Shown piece by piece: positions 62,230-64,000 of a DNA stretch of 64,000 bases. The notes below the pieces were generated by a model. It was not told the origin of the DNA. It saw only the letters and a list, made by a program, of their open reading frames with translations, and ran no database searches. This DNA comes from Lama guanicoe (Eukaryota), in assembly GCA_013239625.1 (NCBI GenBank), contig MU053379.1, positions 3,454,866 through 3,518,865 on the forward strand. Reading direction: 5' to 3'. A program made the position numbers and the translations under genes. The first letter of the stretch is position 1, and the number at the start of each line of letters is the position of its first letter.

Positions 62230-64000
62230 TTTATATCCCAACACGGATTTCAGAAAAGTACCTGCAGTCCCTGCTGTTCCTCTCTGCAACTTTGATCCTG
62301 GATTTTGGTTTCTGTGCTTCAATTGGTGAAGAACAAGTTAGATTGCCATAAACCCCCAAAACATTTAGGAAAGTCTCACATCTGCAGTTAGCATTTCTGA
62401 AACCTAGTTTTGCTGCGGCCTCTGCTAAACCATGGAGGGGCTTTGTTCCTCTCAGACCCTGCGCCAGCCCTCGCTCTTAGCTGTGAAGACACTTATCCTC
62501 CTCTTCAGTTAATGAGTTTCACCTAGTCTGGCCGCTTGTGTTTTTATAAAAGATCTGCAAAGCACTAATTGCAAAAGAAGAAAAAAGCTCTTGTTTTGCA
62601 TTCATCAGAATGTGGAATTCTATAGTGAAAACATTTCCTATTTCAATGTTTCAAAACTCAAATTTATCCTAATTTTAGGATGTGCACACGTACACTCAGC
62701 ACGTTCCTGGGTGCAGAATGTTAAGCCCTCCAGCAGTTTCTTCTGGCTTGGGTCCTTTACTATTTAAAAGAATGCTGAAAGGAAAAAGTTGTGCCTACAC
62801 CAAATACACGTCCAGAAAATATTGCATAAAGAAGGCTGTTTCTTTTTAATGATCTTTTTGATAGAGAGTTCACTTAGTCTCAGTGGTTTTTGTTCCAGAA
62901 ATTAATTATCAAGGAAAAAGCTATCCGTGCAGACCTTTTTCTTCAAATATGTTACTTGGAGCCTCTAGTCCATAAGCCATTGTTTTTTTTTTTTTAAGTA
63001 GTGGGCTATACAGAAAAAAAATTACAAGCCATGTGAACTTCTGGAATACGTTTTCTCAAAGTAAAATTTCAGAATTCTGGTACCACTAGGAGGGAATCAA
63101 ATCAATATAAACAAGCATTTTGAAGTTTGGCACAGCAGTAATTGTCACGCTAGCTTGGTTAACATTTTGAAAGTCAATTCCATTAATATGCAAAAACCCA
63201 AATTGGAGGAATTTTCTGTGGGTGTATTGCATCATTTCCACATTACTGTTTCTGCAAGAATTAGTTCTAAGATGTTTTAAAAGTCAGTTCTCATTTTATA
63301 AAACTGCATTCACAGTCCCTTGATAAAGGCTTACCCCCTTGCCCTTGTTGTGGTTTTTTTCCCTTCGTGAAAGGAACTGGACTTTATTGTTGTTATTTAC
63401 TATACAACATGCATTTTGAGAACGCGCAACTTCTAAAACACCTTCTTAAGAATGCACTTAAGAAAACACCCAAACAACAAAGTGAAATAAAATACTTCAA
63501 ACTGTAATTCTAAAACTTTGAACGTATAAGAAGTCTAGGGTCTCTGGTAACTCTTTGGACCATTTACGAATCACACTGTATCCACATCATGTCTTGACTT
63601 TTCATCCATTTCACAAGCTCACGTTCTTCAGCTTTAATTTTTTAAACTGAGCTCTGTTGTCACTTCATGCCAAATAGCGTGAACCAAAACAAAGCTGTAC
63701 AACTTAGTGAAAAAGAAATGACCACTTGACTTTTACCAAAAAAAGCATTTAAGGTTCTTTTAAGTTATATTTAAATATCCTTTGAAACATAGGAAATATA
63801 AATTGGCATATTAAAGAGTAAATATATTATTTGTACAAGAAAACACCAACAAAATCGGTGTGCAACCCCTTTTAAGTTCTAAATATGAGGAAATTATAAA
63901 TACTTATTCTTTACATACTGATTACAATTCAATAACACCTTATTCTCTTCCTTCTTTAGGTATGCTTTGAAATGTAGATTAATTGATGTCTATTTTAGCA

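Noticed and set aside
1..64000. Intronic snoRNA/miRNA genes, processed pseudogenes, CRISPR-like arrays or a novel multi-gene system
   Set aside because: No convincing box C/D or H/ACA architecture, long miRNA-type hairpin, second protein homology or repeat-spacer array seen by eye; an Rfam/Infernal scan and tBLASTn search would be needed to exclude them formally.

Overview
Mammalian genomic DNA, very probably camelid (three tRNA-derived SINEs look like the camelid Vic-1 family). The window is dominated by one + strand gene, XRN2 (nuclear 5'-3' exoribonuclease 2, the Rat1/'torpedo' nuclease). Coding exons 2-30 (7735-58549) can be read directly from the sequence. All 28 internal introns are GT-AG with consistent phases, and the frame is open to TAG at 58547-58549. 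Adding an assumed 75-nt coding exon 1 upstream of the window gives 949 aa (human 950 aa), the difference being one codon lost in exon 16. The rest is intronic/intergenic: old L1, L2, MIR and DNA-transposon relics, an ERV1-type LTR, simple repeats, several repeat-free blocks that look like conserved enhancers, and a CpG island downstream (NKX2-4 is expected just beyond the right edge by synteny, but no homeobox is in the window). I found no new protein-coding or RNA-gene system. The most unusual signal is a fine-scale mosaic of sharply bounded AT-to-GC converted patches that affect exons, splice sites, microsatellites and ancient repeats, consistent with strong GC-biased gene conversion hotspots. 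Other candidates: a hairpin enclosing the proximal poly(A) signal, an LTR that ends in a poly(A)-like tail, and an L1 abutting the exon 23 acceptor. Comparisons with human XRN2 and repeat consensi are from memory, not from a search; repeat boundaries are approximate.
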